DNA of 27,156 bases from Paraspadella gotoi (Eukaryota; Animalia; Chaetognatha). Under the pieces are notes generated by a model. That model was not told the DNA's origin. It was given only the letters and a program-made list of their open reading frames with translations, and made no database searches. The stretch spans positions 15,417,541-15,444,696 of the forward strand of contig CM119270.1 in assembly GCA_051294375.1 (NCBI GenBank), read 5' to 3'. The translations under genes and the position numbers were made by a program. Shown piece by piece: positions 21,834-27,156 of this stretch (position 1 is the stretch's first letter; the number at the start of each line of letters is the position of its first letter).

Positions 21834-23831
21834 ATTAAAAAGCTAACAACAACAATATAAAATTAAGTGAACCATTAAGAATAATTAACACGCTACGTCA
21901 TGCAAGCTGAGGAATAAATAGTACGCTACATTACAAGTTACTGGAAGTAACCTGAACATGCTAAGACACTACGTATGAACCCGCTGCACATGTCATATGT
22001 CATACTTCACTACGTTTTGAATAGTAATCGCTCATTAATCGATCATACTCATTATTAAGGATATTTGATAAGAATCTGTGATAAATTATAAATTATGTTT
22101 ATAAAATATTTAATACAAAAAATTTTAAACAAAAGTAAAGGAAGATAATAAATAAATACTACACTACGTTTAACGCTACATTACAAGAAACACGCTACAC
22201 TGGAAGGACATGCACAGGAAGCTACATCACAAATCAAGACTCACGCTAAGTACTGGATGAACTCTCAATTATAAGTTACTACACTACATTTTTAATCAGG
22301 ATCTCTTTTTCTTTATATACCTTATTCTTCGACTGACGGACGTGATGTCGTTTTCGTACGGAAATAAATTTTGTAAAGTAAAATAATAAAAAGTTCATCG
22401 AAAAAACAACAAAAACCATTTTAAACCAATCTAATAGATTTTATTTTTAAAGTTAATTGAAAGAAAATTGTTTCAAAATGTTATCAATAGCTTAATATTT
22501 CGTCGAGAGGATCCTAATAATATACTTCAATATGCAAATGAGATTAAAGGCTACAGTATTGTTTATAGAAGGAAATTCAGTTTAGAGAGAAAACAAAAGT
22601 TTCGTTATTACAACAAGTGAATTTAATAATAATTCGGACATGATTCGACTCTTATGTTTTTGAATACAATGTCTAGAAGGAAATTCAAATTTGTCCATAT
22701 TAAATATATTCTATCCTGAATAAAAATTTCTTCTTTTAATAGAAAAAATATTACCCACACAGAAACCAATTAAAATCTGAAACAAAGAGTAAGTCAAGTA
22801 AAACTAATGGAGAGAAGAGAGCACAGGAGAGTGAGCAAGAGAGAGAGGAGCGAGATCGAGAAAACGATTTTTTCTGCTTCCTTTGGCTTTGAGAGAGCAG
22901 ACAATTGAGCGGCTACTCACTTAAATCTTCTTCTCCATCCTTTTCCTTCCCCCCACTCCCCCCACATTCTCCCCCCTCACCATACATCACTTCTCCTCTC
23001 TTTTTGCCCATCCCTCTCTTTTTCGCTTTAGAAAATTTTCTTTTCTTTTTTTCTCCCCGAAATCGACCGGTGATTAAATAGAGAGCTGAAGAACATTTTA
23101 TTAAGCGCGACGCGCCTCCTCTCTCTCTCTCTCTCTCTCTCTCTCCCGCGCGGTATGAAATGAATTCATTTAAATTTTATGCACCGTTTTATGTATCAGC
23201 CTATATTGGCTCGTGTCTCTCTTATTGCTTCGCGCATCGCTATCTCACCTCTGGCTGAAACTCGCGAAACCTTCATTTCAGTTTCAATATAACGATATTT
23301 AAACATGACAGTTTAAATTGATGGAAAACGTACTTTGTTTTAAATACTATGTTACAGAAATGCATGTTCAATTAGTATATTCAATATTATTCATAAATCC
23401 TTGCCAGTTCGTTTCTTAACGATTTTTTAGAATAGTAGGGATTGGTGTTCCTACTATGATTTTCATTGTTTATAGTATTACAAAGTCTCTATTCAGTTAT
23501 TAATCTTTCTCGAATTTCTTAATAGCATTTTGTAAAACTCGATTACAGGGTGTTTTCTAAATTCAACGAAACTGTTGATTCCTCTCCTCAACAAGTCACC
23601 CTACGAACCACGAATGTTCCATCTCTCCCTTCCATTTTCGTAACAAGACTTTTCAATCGAAATATATAAATTGTTTTCACTTTTTCTCCTCTGATCGCAT
23701 CGGATGCGCTCACGCAAATCGTCGCTACGCTCAAGACGGCTCGACGCCGCCAAATTGAAATTCCCTCGAAAGTCGCGCCATCAAAGATGCAGCTTAAATC
23801 GTCTTCCGTTCTCATATTTGTTCTCACCCGC

Positions 23832-23856
23832 GAGAGAGGAGAGAGGAGAGAGAGAG

Positions 23857-23926
<70 letters not shown>

Positions 23927-23932
23927 ATGAGA
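23832..23932. repeat. Interrupted (GA)n microsatellite
   Basis: Directly visible. Confidence 0.95.
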
Positions 23933-24817
23933 ATATCTTTTTCTCTCCTTTTTTGTTTTTTCAATGGTTTTTTTTCGGCTTTTCAGGCGAAGAGATTAAA
24001 AAATTCATGATAAGTAGTTTTCAATGTTCGTTGATTCTTTCGGCGGAAAAAATCGCGTCTCGTTGAAAAATGGCGTCGTCGTCGTCGTCGTTATCGTCGT
24101 CGTCAACGCCGCCGACGAGAAAAAAAAAATCGTTAAGGAACTTTCCTAATTTGGAAATATGAAAGTTTCCCCTTCTTTTTCCTCGCGGCTCCGAAAGTTA
24201 AAAAAAAAGGAGGGAAAATTTCGGGGTAATTTTTGAATATTTAAATAGTAGTCGAGGCGTTTGGCCCATTATTTCTGAATTTTCGACGCGGAAAATAAAA
24301 AGAAAAAGAAGAGAAAAGGCGAAAAATGAGAAAAAATAAAAAAGAGCAACTTTAAAATTTTTTTTTTCTTCGTGGATTGTTATGCTAAAAACAAAGGGGG
24401 GGCGGAGAGGCCGAGCAAAGGAAAAGTGGATAAATGAATTTTTGAACGAAAACAATAACCGCGTTTTATTCGGCGCCAAATTTGATTTTAACCGGAAACC
24501 AGACGCTCGAAGGGGCGCGTCTTAAACTCCTTAATTTTGACTCTTTGTTTGTGCCTGATAAGCTAAGAGAGAAAGAAAGAAAGTAGGGAGAGAGAAAGGG
24601 TAGGACTTAGAAATGCTTAATAAGGAGTTGTAGAAATACATCGTTCACTACGTTGCAATACATGAGTAGTCTTGACATGAGTAGCCCTGAAAAAGATCAA
24701 AATACTTGTTTTGAGTAACATTTTTCCCTCAATCTTAATATCTAAATCAAATTTTTCCAGCCGTATTCCTAATGATAAAACGCCTAATGATTCTCGATTT
24801 CTTCTCATCTCCTATTT

Positions 24818-24846
24818 CCTCCTCCTCCTCCTCCTCCTCCTCCTCC
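24818..24846. repeat. (CCT)n microsatellite
   Basis: Directly visible. Confidence 0.9.
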
Positions 24847-25322
24847 ACCTCTCTTTCCTCCACTTCTTCATTTTTTATTAATAATCATCTTTCTGTCTCA
24901 ATTTTCTTCTTAACAGTCAGTCAACCTTTAATTCTTTACCGCAGATTAATGACGTTTAAGAAACGTTTATTATTCCCCAAAATTTACGTCAAAAAGGCTG
25001 AATTAATCGTCTCCGCGCGGCCTTTGTGATCGTTTCGGAGACGTTTTCACGATTTCCCTTTTGAAAATTCTTCACAAATTTATAACGAGACGGTTGGAAT
25101 TGGAAAAATGTTCTTTGATAACTAGGAAAAAGTGCAATACAATATGCAATAACGAAAAATCCATTTCTTTCAAACATTTTTTTTTTTCAAAATCACAAGT
25201 GAAAATTACGAAACATTACGAAATTACGAAAATCTCCTGTAAACCGATAATATACATGTAAAATTACAATTTCAGCTCAATATTTATCCGTTAAGCGTTC
25301 TCAATTTACTTATATGTAACAT

Positions 25323-25406
25323 AGCCTGTCCAAAAATGGCCGGTTCTATCATAGCTTGTATGAATCAAGAAGAAATAAATGGATAATTTTTGGTTGTTCA
25401 ATTTCT
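25323..25406 (+). mobile_element. Dispersed repeat family, highly degenerate core fragment
   Basis: Collinear blocks AGCCTGTCCAAA ... ATAGCTT ... AATGGATAATTTTT ... TGGTTGT.CAATTTC with roughly the core spacing. Confidence 0.55.
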
Positions 25407-25706
25407 CATTAATCTGCAAAGCATCATATTTTCAAAACTCAATGTCAGGCTACTGCTGAGGCTATCCTCTCCATCCCCCATCGAGACTCGCCACTCTTAC
25501 AATCCTACCACCCCTTCCACACCCCTCAACCCCCACCTCTTCCACTCCCCATCAATTCCTCGCCCTCAGACTCGGCGACGTGATTTCGCTAATTTTCCTC
25601 CTTTCATATTATTTATTTTCTTTGTTTCCTTTTTTTTTTTCTTCCTCCAGTTTTTCTCTCTCGATTCTTCCTCCCTTGTCGATGCCCTTAATTACATTTG
25701 CCACAA

Positions 25707-25709
<3 letters not shown>

Positions 25710-25788
<79 letters not shown>
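25710..25788. repeat. Perfect (AG)n microsatellite
   Basis: Directly visible; a shorter one follows at 25986-26018. Confidence 0.97.
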
Positions 25789-25792
<4 letters not shown>

Positions 25793-25982
25793 TGAAATGG
25801 GAATGGACATTTGGACGCGTCTCCCTCTCTCCCTAACCAAAGCTTAAGGAATTAAGAAAAGGATTAATTTGTTTTCTCCACTTTTTTTTTCTCTCCGCAA
25901 AAAAAATCTTTCTTACCTAAGAATTTTCCGCTCTCCCTGATTTATCTCGTCAAAAATTCAAGCTAATGTCCTTGAGATGAAA

Positions 25983-26021
<39 letters not shown>

Positions 26022-26455
26022 CGTCTGATATTTTTTCCTCGATAAACAAACAAAAGGTTGTTTTTCTTTTTACCCGCGCTATTTTTTGCTTTATTTTCAT
26101 CCTGGATGCAATTAGTGTCTCTTTGCTTTTTTTGCTTTTTTTGCCTCGTCGATTCGAATTCTAAAATTTTCTTCCGACGATTTCCCTTTTGTTTTTTTTT
26201 CGTCGACGTAATTCTGTTTAGGATTAAATTGATAGTTAAAATATGATAAATAAAAAAAACTGAATCATTAAACGGTAAATTCAATTTATATTTAAATATG
26301 AGATGGAAAATGCTCTTTACTTGCTGAGAGACGTCGTATAGAACAAAGAACCGAGCAAAGAATCAAAATCAAATCAACTTTCTGTTAACTATTATTTAGA
26401 TTTACTGAATTCTTATATTCTTAATATAATTCTTAATATTCTTATATAATACTTA

Positions 26456-26705
26456 CATACAATTGAAACATTCTTTGAAATATTTTCCACTTCATTGATA
26501 AGGAAACCAGGTACTCTGGGAGTGAATAAACGAGACTGTGAGAGAGTCTTGATTGAAAGCTTGCTGGGACCTGCTATGTCATTATCTTGTAAGAGTGATG
26601 GAGGCCTTAAACCACCAAAGCCTGTCTAAAGTCAGGGCCTCAGGGGCAAGATAGCTTATCTATTAAATGAATGGATAATTTTTATATTGGTTGTACCAAT
26701 TTCAT
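26456..26705 (+). mobile_element. Dispersed repeat family, long copy (~250 bp)
   Basis: Aligns to the reverse complement of 6347-6590; carries a small internal duplication (TCAGGGCCTCAGGGGC at 26632-26647). Confidence 0.85.
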
Positions 26706-26784
26706 TCAACTTATATTTACGTATATTTTCAAGCATCGACAACGACAAAAATATCCTTGTCACGATGCAACTGCGATAACAAAA

Positions 26785-27054
26785 NNNNNNNNNNNNNNNN
26801 NNNNNNNNNNNNNNNNNNNNNNNNNNNNNNNNNNNNNNNNNNNNNNNNNNNNNNNNNNNNNNNNNNNNNNNNNNNNNNNNNNNNNNNNNNNNNNNNNNNN
26901 NNNNNNNNNNNNNNNNNNNNNNNNNNNNNNNNNNNNNNNNNNNNNNNNNNNNNNNNNNNNNNNNNNNNNNNNNNNNNNNNNNNNNNNNNNNNNNNNNNNN
27001 NNNNNNNNNNNNNNNNNNNNNNNNNNNNNNNNNNNNNNNNNNNNNNNNNNNNNN
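26785..27054. other. Assembly gap (N-run)
   Basis: 270 N. Confidence 1.
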
Positions 27055-27156
27055 AACAAAAAACTCGCCTATTGTTGTCACCTTAGTCTCTCCTTCGATT
27101 AAAAAACTTTTTTTCTATTCCATCGCGAATGGAAATTTGATTAAAAAAAAACGCGT

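Noticed and set aside
1039-27102. Long ORFs spanning N-runs or (GA)n/(CT)n tracts (poly-X, ERER, SLSL, F-rich)
   Set aside because: They are open only because gaps and simple repeats lack stop codons; no domain-like sequence.

Overview
Gapped draft-assembly DNA from a eukaryote, probably an invertebrate animal (inference from composition only). It is AT-rich, gene-poor, has 7 N-gaps and is very dense in (GA)n/(CT)n, (GAC)n, (GCC)n and (TTTC)n microsatellites. Nearly all ORFs in the track are artefacts of N-runs or simple repeats. Supported structure: (1) a short dispersed repeat family with 7 copies or fragments, built on a ~97-bp TG...CA core with a terminal hairpin, including a ~430-bp module bounded by two direct core copies (6347-6776); (2) a ~1.5-kb inverted duplication (2010-3514) whose indel-type differences and adjacent 25-N gap suggest a long-read gap-filling artefact; (3) one plausible minus-strand, low-complexity coding exon (~12604-13022) broken by an apparent 1-nt frameshift. 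I found no recognisable gene family, RNA gene, CRISPR array or prokaryotic system, and I cannot support a claim of a novel biological system. The unclassified repeat family is the best lead.
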